Origin: Dehalococcoidia bacterium
GTDB taxonomy: Bacteria; Chloroflexota; Dehalococcoidia; SZUA-161; SpSt-899
Length of the DNA: 64,000 nucleotides
Assembly: GCA_034434815.1 (NCBI GenBank)
Contig: DAOTYO010000036.1
Span: 3,673-67,672 of the forward strand
Reading direction: 5' to 3'
Part shown: positions 19,030 to 26,681 of the stretch, piece by piece
Position numbering within the stretch: the first letter of the stretch is position 1
How the letters are laid out: the number at the start of each line of letters is the position of its first letter
The notes under the pieces: model-generated
The model's input: only the letters and a program-made list of their open reading frames with translations
What the model was told of the DNA's origin: nothing
Database searches by the model: none
Program-made: the position numbers and the translations under genes

Positions 19030-20199
19030 ATGCCGGGGAGTATCAAGGATCGAGTTGCAATCGTTGGAATGGGGTGCACCCAGTTCGGGGAATTGTGGGG
19101 CAAGGGCCCGACCGATCTCATTGTCGAGGCGGTGAGTGAAGCCCTGGCCGATGCCGAAATCGAGATCAAGGACATTCAAGCCGTGTGGAGCGGTACGCTC
19201 TTCAGCGGGAACGGCGGCCGGACGGTCAGCGAAGCCCTGCGGCTTCCTTATCTGCCGGTGACGCGGGTGGAGAACGCCTGCGGCTCCGGGCACGAGGCGG
19301 TCAGAGGCGCATCTTATGCGGTGGCCGCCGGCATCTATGATATCTGTCTGGCCGTCGGCTATGAGAAGCTCAAGGACGAGGGCATGAGCGGATTGCCCGG
19401 CATGCAAAACCGAACGGGCACCCATTACGAATCGAGCATGCCCGGGGTCTTCGCCATGATGGCGACCCGCTATTTCAACCGGTACGGCCTTTCCCCACAG
19501 GAGGGAAAAGCCATGCTGGGAAGGATCTCCGTCAAGAGCCATCATAATGGGGCCTTGAATCCCAAGGCGCACCTCCGCCGGGAGATCACCCTCGAACAGG
19601 TGCTCAATGCGCCCATCATCGCTTGGCCGCTCGGCCTGTTCGATTGTTGCGGCGTCTCCGACGGGGCGGCGGCCGCCATCATCGTCCGCGCCGATATGGT
19701 CAAGAGCTTCAAGAACAGGCCGGTCTATGTGAAGGCCCTTCAGATCTGCGCCAGCCCCACTTCGGGCCGGATGGTGACGGACTACGACTACACGCATGTG
19801 GAGGAAGCCTATCGGGCGGGGATCGCCGCTTATAAGGAAGCCGGCATTACCAATCCCCGCAAGGAAGTGAGCATGGCGGAAGTTCACGATTGCTTCTCGA
19901 TCACCGAGGCCGTCACCATGGAAGACCTTCAGTTCAGTCCACGCGGCCGGGTGAAAGAAGATATCGAAGCGGGCACCTTCGAGCTCACCGGTCCCCTTCC
20001 CGTTCAACCGGATGGCGGACTCAAGTGCTTCGGGCACCCGATCGGCGCTTCCGGAATCCGGATGCTGTATGAGCCTTACCTTCAATTTCAGGGCCGCGCC
20101 GGCAAGCGGCAGATCAAGGACCCCAAGATCGCGTTGGCCCACAATATGGGCAATGAACCCTATGCGCCGGTGGTGAGCGTCTGCATCGTCGGCGTCTAA
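19030..20199 (+). CDS. thiolase (SCP2/archaeal acetoacetyl-CoA thiolase type)
   Basis: …VENACGSG… nucleophilic Cys motif, …FGHPIGASGIRM… C-terminal His motif; 389 aa. Confidence 0.8.
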   Translation: MPGSIKDRVAIVGMGCTQFGELWGKGPTDLIVEAVSEALADAEIEIKDIQAVWSGTLFSGNGGRTVSEALRLPYLPVTRVENACGSGHEAVRGASYAVAAGIYDICLAVGYEKLKDEGMSGLPGMQNRTGTHYESSMPGVFAMMATRYFNRYGLSPQEGKAMLGRISVKSHHNGALNPKAHLRREITLEQVLNAPIIAWPLGLFDCCGVSDGAAAAIIVRADMVKSFKNRPVYVKALQICASPTSGRMVTDYDYTHVEEAYRAGIAAYKEAGITNPRKEVSMAEVHDCFSITEAVTMEDLQFSPRGRVKEDIEAGTFELTGPLPVQPDGGLKCFGHPIGASGIRMLYEPYLQFQGRAGKRQIKDPKIALAHNMGNEPYAPVVSVCIVGV

Positions 20200-20256
20200 A
20201 AACGGCTGAAGTCTCGCCGATTGGAGCGGGGATTCGGCGCATGGCGTGAAGAGCGA

Positions 20257-20296
20257 AGTGGGGCGCGCACGGATGTGCGCGCCCCACTTCTTTTCC
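20257..20296 (+). terminator. intrinsic terminator after thiolase
   Basis: AGTGGGGCGCGCAC-GGAT-GTGCGCGCCCCACT hairpin followed by TCTTTTCC. Confidence 0.65.
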
Positions 20297-20333
20297 CATT
20301 CCGCACCGGAGCCCGTGCTATAATGGGCACGGC

Positions 20334-21269
20334 ATGATAATGGACGCCTTGATCATCCTCGCGATTGCCTTGCTCACGGATATCCTGATCGGCGATCCCC
20401 CCACCCCCCTTCACCCCGTCGGTTGGATGGGCAGGCTTATTTCCCTCCTCCAGAGAGGTTCACCCCCACAGGGTCCCCGCATTCAGCTTGCATACGGGTT
20501 CGGCATCGTGCTTTTCGGGGTGGGAATCGTCGCCGCCTCCGCCTATTTTTCGCTCATGTATTTGGAGCGGGTCAGCCATATCGCCTTTCTCATCGTGGGA
20601 GGCCTTCTTCTCAAGAGCACCTTCGCCGTCCGCGGACTGGGTCGGCACGCCGGGCGGATCCGTAAGTTGCTCTCGCGCGGCGATGTCTCCACCGCGCGTG
20701 CTCGCATGAACGCACTCGTCAGTCGGGATACCCGAACCCTGAACGAATCTCAATTGGTGGCCGCCACCGTGGAATCGGTCGCCGAGAACACGTCCGATAG
20801 CTTCGTCGCCCCCATCTTCTATTTCATGCTCTTCGGCGTTCCCGGTGCGATGGCCTACCGGATGGCGAATACCTTCGATGCCATGATCGGCTATCATGGG
20901 GAATATGAGTATCTTGGCAAGGCGGCGGCCCGCCTCGATGATGTCCTCAACTTCATCCCCGCGCGGCTCACCGGATTGCTGATGATCGTTGCGGCCTTCG
21001 TCCTCCGGTATGATCCGAGACGGGCATGGCATATCATGCTCCGCGATCACGCCAAAACTGAAAGCCCCAATGCCGGATGGCCCATGAGCGCCGCCGCCGG
21101 CGCGCTCGGCGTTCAGCTCGAGAAAGCGGGGCATTACCGCTTGGGGGATGCCCGTAACCTTCTCTTGAGCCAACAGATCGATCGGAGCATCGCGCTCATG
21201 TATGGCACCGCTCTCGTCTGGGTTTTCCTCTGTGGGGCCGTGAGGGGGGTGATCATTGTTGCATCCTAG
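20334..21269 (+). CDS. cbiB: adenosylcobinamide-phosphate synthase CbiB/CobD (membrane)
   Basis: Multi-TM protein with …HPVGWMGR…, …YRMANTFDAMIGY… and …NAGWPMSAAAGALGVQL… CbiB signature blocks. Confidence 0.9.
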   Translation: MIMDALIILAIALLTDILIGDPPTPLHPVGWMGRLISLLQRGSPPQGPRIQLAYGFGIVLFGVGIVAASAYFSLMYLERVSHIAFLIVGGLLLKSTFAVRGLGRHAGRIRKLLSRGDVSTARARMNALVSRDTRTLNESQLVAATVESVAENTSDSFVAPIFYFMLFGVPGAMAYRMANTFDAMIGYHGEYEYLGKAAARLDDVLNFIPARLTGLLMIVAAFVLRYDPRRAWHIMLRDHAKTESPNAGWPMSAAAGALGVQLEKAGHYRLGDARNLLLSQQIDRSIALMYGTALVWVFLCGAVRGVIIVAS

Positions 21270-22338
21270 GCCGGAAATCCGGGCGCTTCACCCGTGTCCC
21301 CACGGCGGACCCAATTTCGCCGAGGCCCTTTCCTTGGGAATTCCGCCGGAATCCATCCTTGATTTCAGCGTGAGCGCCAATCCCTTCGGACCCGCTCCGG
21401 CGGTGCGATCCGCCGCCGCTGTGGCCCCCATCGACCGGTATCCCGATTCCGCTTGCATCGAGCTTCGTGGGACCATTGCCCGGGCGCTCGGTCTCGCCCC
21501 GGAAAACCTCTTCATCGGGAGCGGCTCGATGGAGATCATCCGCCTATTGGCTTTGGCTTACATCTCCCCGGGTGATCGGGTTCTCATTCCGGAGCCCACT
21601 TTCGGCGAGTACGAAGTCGCCGCGAAGATCATGGGCGCTCGGATCATCCGGTGCCGCGCGGGCGAGGGGACGGGGTTTCGCTTCGAGGTGAATGATCTTC
21701 TCGCCCGGATTCAAGAGCATCATCCCCGGATCGTTTTCCTGAGCAATCCCAATAACCCCACCGGCCAGTACTGGCGCAGGGACGAAGTTGAATCCATCCT
21801 CCGGGCCGATGCGGATGCCCTCCTTGCTTTGGACGAGGCCTATATCGCATTCACTGAAGATCGGTGGAACGCCATTGACTTGCTTTCTTATCGGAATCTC
21901 TTGATCATCCGTTCGCTGACCAAAGATCATGCCCTGGCCGGACTGCGCATCGGGTATGCCGTTGGGAGCCCTGAGCTCATCGAAACGCTTCGGAAGGTGA
22001 GCCCTCCATGGAACGTAAACGCTCCGGCCCAATACGCGGCGGCCGCCGCTATCCAAGAGCAAGCTTATGTGGAGCGATGCCGCGAGCAAGTCCTTGCGGC
22101 GCGCGACTATCTCGTGAAGGCGCTGTTGCAGCGGGGATTCCGGGTTCTGCCCACAGAGGCCCATTTCTTTCTAGTGAAGGTGGGAAACGCCGCCGTTTTC
22201 CGAGAAGATCTCCTCCGGCGGGGCATCGCGGTTCGGGATTGCACCTCATTCGGGCTGCCCGAGTATATTCGAATCGCTCCCCGTACCATGCCCGAGTGCC
22301 GGAAACTGATCGAAGCCATTGACTCTCCGGGAAAATGA
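21256..22338 (+). CDS. cobD: L-threonine-O-3-phosphate decarboxylase / class I-II aminotransferase (CobD/CobC type)
   Basis: PLP-fold I motifs (…SNPNNPTG…, …SLTKDHALAGLRIGY…) in a cobalamin gene context. A histidinol-phosphate aminotransferase-like alternative cannot be excluded. Confidence 0.65.
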   Translation: MLHPRPEIRALHPCPHGGPNFAEALSLGIPPESILDFSVSANPFGPAPAVRSAAAVAPIDRYPDSACIELRGTIARALGLAPENLFIGSGSMEIIRLLALAYISPGDRVLIPEPTFGEYEVAAKIMGARIIRCRAGEGTGFRFEVNDLLARIQEHHPRIVFLSNPNNPTGQYWRRDEVESILRADADALLALDEAYIAFTEDRWNAIDLLSYRNLLIIRSLTKDHALAGLRIGYAVGSPELIETLRKVSPPWNVNAPAQYAAAAAIQEQAYVERCREQVLAARDYLVKALLQRGFRVLPTEAHFFLVKVGNAAVFREDLLRRGIAVRDCTSFGLPEYIRIAPRTMPECRKLIEAIDSPGK

Positions 22339-22847
22339 AAGCTGTGGTTTTCGCCCTTGCGGTGGCTCTTGCGGCGCTGCCGGTGGTGGGCGGCGCTTGC
22401 GGGAAAGCGGGTTCGCCCGTAAAGGTGAGCATCTCGGAAATCGCCCTTGCCGAGGTCTCCTACAGTATGATTGTGGTGGAGGTGACGGTTCAAATCGTCA
22501 ACGGGGGAGATTCGCCGGCGGTGATGGATAGGATCGAATACGATATCTACTTCGGGCACAAGGATAAGTGGATCTGGTTGGGGCGGGGAAGCGAAACGCA
22601 GCGGGAGATCGGCGCCGGGCAGACGATGGGTTTCACCATTCAGACTCAGATCGACAACAGTCGGCTCATCCGCCTTGTGACGGAAGCGATCTTCGGCACG
22701 GAGCCCTCGCAGCTCAAGGTGGATGGCCGGGCCTCCTTCACCCGCGGCACGTCCGCTTTTCAGGTGCGCTTCGATAAGAAAATGACCTCTCCTTCTTCTC
22801 CCGGTGAGCAATCCGCAAATCCGCTTCTACGGGGGAGGGAGGGCTGA
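22335..22847 (+). CDS. putative lipoprotein, LEA_2/WHy-like beta-sandwich domain
   Basis: Signal peptide + …VVGGACG… lipobox-like motif; …VTVQIVNGGDSP…IEYDIYFG… resembles LEA14/LEA_2 topology. Weak call. Confidence 0.35.
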   Translation: MKAVVFALAVALAALPVVGGACGKAGSPVKVSISEIALAEVSYSMIVVEVTVQIVNGGDSPAVMDRIEYDIYFGHKDKWIWLGRGSETQREIGAGQTMGFTIQTQIDNSRLIRLVTEAIFGTEPSQLKVDGRASFTRGTSAFQVRFDKKMTSPSSPGEQSANPLLRGREG

Positions 22848-23772
22848 GATGCGGGAAGGGATTGTCATCGAGGCGTATCCCGTCTTCGGGAAGGGCACGT
22901 TCAGGGCGTACCCGGAGCTCTTCGAGCCGTATCTTCGGAATCAACCGGCCCATATTCGCGAGAAGTACCGCAAGGCCCGGCGAACGCTGCCGAAGTTCGA
23001 GGGGAGCATCAAATGGCAGACCATCCGCGGGACCGGATTCTGTGCCTCCATCCATCCGGGAAGCGCCAAGGTCTTCCATGCGCTCATGACGGGCGCGGCA
23101 CACCCCATATACGTAAGTGATTGTCTGTACATCAATCTCCGCCATCGCATCTTCGCCCTCTCCGATCCGCCGGGAATGACCACCCTCTCCCGTTCCCTTC
23201 TCGAAGCTCTGGACCGGTATCTGAAGGCGGATCCCCGGGCGGATCTCGAAGCCATCATCAACCGGGTCAACCGGGAGGCCGGAGAGGGGTTGAGGGATCG
23301 GGCTACGTTGAGCCTTCTGCATTTGCCCCCGGATGATCCGAACACCGCCCGTCTCGTTCTGGCCGGCGATAGCTATCTCTGGCACGGCAGCGGGGAGACG
23401 GGAGAGCTACGTCTTGCCCAAGCCGTCCCCAACCGCTGGGGCACGCCCAATATGGAACTTTACATAAATTCAGTGCCTTTGAAAGAAGGCGACTTTTTTC
23501 TTCTCGCGACGGATGGGGTCATCGCTCTTCGCTATCGTTTTCCCGATGAAGGTCTCGAGGAGGCGCTGGCGCGCCGGGTGCGAACGGACGGCCCGGCGTT
23601 CGCCGAACGATTGGCCCGGGAATGCAATGACGTGCTGATCGAACTGACGCCCGAGGGGCGGCAAGCGCGGTTTGCGGGCGGGGATGATCTTGCCGTTGTT
23701 CTGGTTCATCCGCGGAGTCTGCCGGGCCCCGAGATCGGAGAAACCTATATCCTTGGCGGTTACGTGATCTGA
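22846..23772 (+). CDS. PP2C/SpoIIE-like serine/threonine phosphatase domain protein
   Basis: Three acidic PP2C motifs in order (…FALSDPPG…, …LLATDGV…, …GGDDLAVVLV…). Start at the ATG preceded by GGGAGGG (the ORF track offers 22804). Confidence 0.5.
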   Translation, partial: EMREGIVIEAYPVFGKGTFRAYPELFEPYLRNQPAHIREKYRKARRTLPKFEGSIKWQTIRGTGFCASIHPGSAKVFHALMTGAAHPIYVSDCLYINLRHRIFALSDPPGMTTLSRSLLEALDRYLKADPRADLEAIINRVNREAGEGLRDRATLSLLHLPPDDPNTARLVLAGDSYLWHGSGETGELRLAQAVPNRWGTPNMELYINSVPLKEGDFFLLATDGVIALRYRFPDEGLEEALARRVRTDGPAFAERLARECNDVLIELTPEGRQARFAGGDDLAVVLVHPRSLPGPEIGETYILGGYVI

Positions 23773-23776
23773 AAGG

Positions 23777-25165
23777 ATGCATGAGATGGAGGACCCCTGC
23801 GCGGTTGCCCGGATCCTCATCGCCGGAACCCATAGCGGCGTCGGCAAGACAACATTTTCGATCGGCATCATGGCCGCGCTTCAGGCGCGGGGATTGGATA
23901 TCCGGCCGTACAAGGTCGGGCCGGATTATATTGATCCCTCCCATCACAGCGCCGCCTCAGGGCGCCTGTGCCGCAATCTCGATAGTTGGATGCTCCCTCC
24001 TTCAGCCCTCGTAGAGATCTTTTGCCGTTCCGCTCGCGGAGCCGATATCGCGGTCATCGAAGGCGTCATGGGCTTGTTCGATGGCCTCAGCGGATTGGAT
24101 GACTCCGGCAGCACGGCGGAGGTAGCTCGGATCCTGCGCACGCCGGTGATTCTAGTGATCGATGCCGGTTCGATGGCCCGTAGCGCCGCCGCCGTGGCGC
24201 AGGGCTATGCCCGTTTCGATCCGACCCTCCCCCTTGCCGGATTCCTCATCAACGGCATCGGCAGCGAGCGGCACTTCGCATGGGTGCGGGAGGCCATCGA
24301 AACGGCCGTATCGCTTCCTGTGCTGGGATATCTGCCCAAACGTGCCGAGATCACGATCCCCGAAAGGCATTTGGGATTGATCCCCGCTGCCGAGGCGGGG
24401 GGCAAGACGCCCATCGAGGCCCTTCGCCGCGAGATTGAGGAGACGGTGGACCTTGACCGCATCGTCGCCATTGGGCGCACCGCTGAGCCGTTGACCCCTC
24501 CGAGCGGCGGTGAAGGTCTCTTTCCCGCCGAGCCCTTTCCTCCCGCTGCAATAATCGCTTATGCCCGCGATGAGGCCTTCAGCTTCTACTACCCGGATAA
24601 CCTCGATTTGATCGAAGCCTATGGCGGCGAACTCGTGCCTTTCAGCCCGCTGGCCGAACCCGCTCTGCCCTCGGGTACACGGGGGATCTACATCGGCGGG
24701 GGATTCCCCGAAATCTATGCCGAACGGCTGAGCGCCAATCGTCCCCTCATCCGGTCCATCCGCAGCGCCGCCGCCGCCGGAATCCCTATCTATGCCGAAT
24801 GCGGCGGGCTCATGTACCTCTCGGAGGGGATCACGGACCGCAGCGGCCGCTTTCACCCCATGGTCGGGATCGTGCCCGGACGGGTGCGCATGACGGGAGG
24901 GCTTTCGCGGATGGGTTATGTGGAAGTGGCCCTTGCGCATGATGGTCCTCTCGGGCCGGCCGGGCTTCGGGCCCGGGGGCACGAGTTCCACTGGTCGGAA
25001 ACGGAAGGCGATCTCTCGCCCCCGGCCCATCGGGTGATCTTCCCCGAAGATCGGGAGGAAGGATATGCCTTTGGGAATGTGATCGCCTCTTACATTCATC
25101 TTCACTTCGGTTCCAATCCCGCTCTGGCGCGGAACCTCGTTTCGGCATGTCTTAAGAGAATTTGA
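23777..25165 (+). CDS. cbiA: cobyrinate a,c-diamide synthase
   Basis: N-terminal …IAGTHSGVGKTTFS… and …VGPDYIDPS… with a C-terminal GATase-1-like domain (…YAECGGLMYL…); 462 aa. Confidence 0.85.
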   Translation: MHEMEDPCAVARILIAGTHSGVGKTTFSIGIMAALQARGLDIRPYKVGPDYIDPSHHSAASGRLCRNLDSWMLPPSALVEIFCRSARGADIAVIEGVMGLFDGLSGLDDSGSTAEVARILRTPVILVIDAGSMARSAAAVAQGYARFDPTLPLAGFLINGIGSERHFAWVREAIETAVSLPVLGYLPKRAEITIPERHLGLIPAAEAGGKTPIEALRREIEETVDLDRIVAIGRTAEPLTPPSGGEGLFPAEPFPPAAIIAYARDEAFSFYYPDNLDLIEAYGGELVPFSPLAEPALPSGTRGIYIGGGFPEIYAERLSANRPLIRSIRSAAAAGIPIYAECGGLMYLSEGITDRSGRFHPMVGIVPGRVRMTGGLSRMGYVEVALAHDGPLGPAGLRARGHEFHWSETEGDLSPPAHRVIFPEDREEGYAFGNVIASYIHLHFGSNPALARNLVSACLKRI

Positions 25166-25167
25166 TT

Positions 25168-25196
25168 TTGACAAAGTCTAGTTGATTTGCTATAGT
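25168..25196 (+). promoter_or_regulatory. sigma70 promoter TTGACA-17-TATAGT driving the B12 riboswitch/cobT
   Basis: Consensus -35 and good -10 with 17-nt spacer, immediately 5' of the riboswitch. Confidence 0.6.
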
Positions 25197-25204
25197 TTGA
25201 ACGG

Positions 25205-25425
25205 CAGTTTCATGTGCCCTGAGGCGTCCGGGAGAAGGACTCAATAGGGAAGGCCCGTGGGAATCGGGCGCGGTCCCGCCGCTGTGACCGGGGACGAAAG
25301 GTGAAAGGGTTGCCACTGCCCGTCTTGAGGCGGGTGGGAAGGCTCACCGAGTAGGGGGATCCGGAAGCCAGAAGACCTGCCGAGGGCATTCCCGAATCTT
25401 CGGGGAAGGGGCTTCTCCGGGGAGA
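25205..25425 (+). ncRNA. cobalamin (B12) riboswitch
   Basis: …CTCAATAGGGAAGGCCCGTGGGAATCGGGCGCGGTCCCGCCGCTGTGACC… core plus B12 box …AGCCAGAAGACCTGCC… Located 5' of cobT. Confidence 0.85.
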
Positions 25426-25433
25426 TGGCAAAT

Positions 25434-25473
25434 CCCCAAGCCAAGATTCTTGGTTTGGGGATTTTTTATTTTT
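25434..25473 (+). terminator. intrinsic terminator (riboswitch expression platform)
   Basis: CCCCAAGCCAAGA-TTC-TTGGTTTGGGG hairpin followed by ATTTTTTATTTTT. Lies 12 nt before the cobT SD/ATG. Confidence 0.8.
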
Positions 25474-25485
25474 GAAGGAGGAAAG

Positions 25486-26556
25486 ATGAGCACATTGCTT
25501 GAGAGGACGATCGGATCCATCGGGCCGCTGAATGAGGTCGCGATGCGGGCCGCCCGCGAGCGGCAAGATCAGCTCACCAAGCCGTTGGGGAGTCTGGGTA
25601 GGTTGGAGGCTCTTTCCGTTCAAGTGGCCGGAATCACCGGCAAGCCCCGCCCGAAGATCATTCACAAGGCCGTCATTGTCATGGCCGCCGATCACGGGGT
25701 GGTCCGCCAAGGGGTTAGCCTCTACCCACAGGAGGTTACCGCTCAGATGGTGCGGGGGTTCCTTGCCGGTCATGCGGGGATCAACGTTCTGGCCCGGCAT
25801 GTAGGGGCGCGGGTCACGGTAGTGGATATGGGGGTCATCGGGGGATTCGAACCGCATCCCGATCTCGTCTGCAAGATGATTGATTTCGGCACGAAGGACA
25901 TGACCGAGGGCCCGGCCATGACCCGGCTTCAGGCGGTACAGGCCGTCGAATCGGGCATCGAAGTGCTCGAAGCGGAGCGGGCGAAAGGGCTGGATCTTGT
26001 GGGCACCGGCGATATGGGCATCGGCAATACCACCGCCTCTTCGGCCATCACGGCCGCCATCACGGGAAGGCCGGCACGGGAGGTAACGGGGCGGGGGACG
26101 GGGTTGGGGGATGAACAGTTGGCGCGTAAGGTCCGGTTGGTGGAAGAAGCGCTCCGCCGCAATGCTCCAGACCCTTCCGATGCGCTGGACGTGCTCTCGA
26201 AGGTCGGGGGATTTGAGATCGGCGGCCTTGCGGGGGTGATTCTGGGGGCGGCGGCACACCGCATCCCCGTGGTGATCGACGGGTTCATTTCCGGGGCGGC
26301 GGCGCTCATCGCCTTTGGCCTTTGCCCCCGCTCTCGGGACTACATGATCGCCGGGCATCGCTCGGTGGAGATCGGGCACCGGGCGATCTATGAGCATATC
26401 GGCCTTGAGCCGGTATTGGATCTGGGGCTCCGGCTCGGCGAAGGCACGGGGGGAGCACTCGCCATGAGTGTGGTCGAGGCTTCTTGCAAAATCCTCGATG
26501 AGATGCTCACCTTTGCCGAAGCGGAGGTCTCGGAAGCGGATAAGAGAGCAGAGTAG
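25486..26556 (+). CDS. cobT: nicotinate-nucleotide--dimethylbenzimidazole phosphoribosyltransferase
   Basis: …KPLGSLGRLE…, …VIVMAADHGV… and …GTGDMGIGNTT… are canonical CobT motifs. Start at the ATG after GGAGG (the ORF track starts 36 nt earlier, inside the terminator). Confidence 0.9.
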   Translation: MSTLLERTIGSIGPLNEVAMRAARERQDQLTKPLGSLGRLEALSVQVAGITGKPRPKIIHKAVIVMAADHGVVRQGVSLYPQEVTAQMVRGFLAGHAGINVLARHVGARVTVVDMGVIGGFEPHPDLVCKMIDFGTKDMTEGPAMTRLQAVQAVESGIEVLEAERAKGLDLVGTGDMGIGNTTASSAITAAITGRPAREVTGRGTGLGDEQLARKVRLVEEALRRNAPDPSDALDVLSKVGGFEIGGLAGVILGAAAHRIPVVIDGFISGAAALIAFGLCPRSRDYMIAGHRSVEIGHRAIYEHIGLEPVLDLGLRLGEGTGGALAMSVVEASCKILDEMLTFAEAEVSEADKRAE

Positions 26557-26591
26557 GTGTGAACGATCCGTTTGGGGCGGTGGGGGAGAAT

Positions 26592-26616
26592 CCCCCTCTC
26601 CGATTCGGAGAGGGGG
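26592..26616. repeat. REP-like palindrome CCCCCTCTCCG-ATTC-GGAGAGGGGG (copy 1 of 3)
   Basis: Perfect 10/11-bp arms. Near-identical palindromes at 46197-46221 and 51569-51595. Sits between convergent cobT and mscS. Confidence 0.5.
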
Positions 26617-26681
26617 ATAATTTGGGGGGATTTCCCTCGTTGACTCATAGATTCCCCGAGGCCGGGGCTTTCCTTTGAGCC

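Noticed and set aside
18481-20142. 553-aa minus-strand ORF antisense to the HMGCS-like/DUF35 and thiolase genes
   Set aside because: No recognisable domains and an Arg/Gly/Asp/His-rich composition. The + strand genes have clear thiolase-fold and DUF35 motifs. This is a high-GC antisense artefact.
24152-26397. Two long minus-strand ORFs (24152..25174, 25210..26397) antisense to cbiA, the B12 riboswitch and cobT
   Set aside because: The + strand products carry canonical CbiA and CobT motifs. The minus ORFs are low-complexity (P/R/G-rich), and the second would run through the riboswitch.
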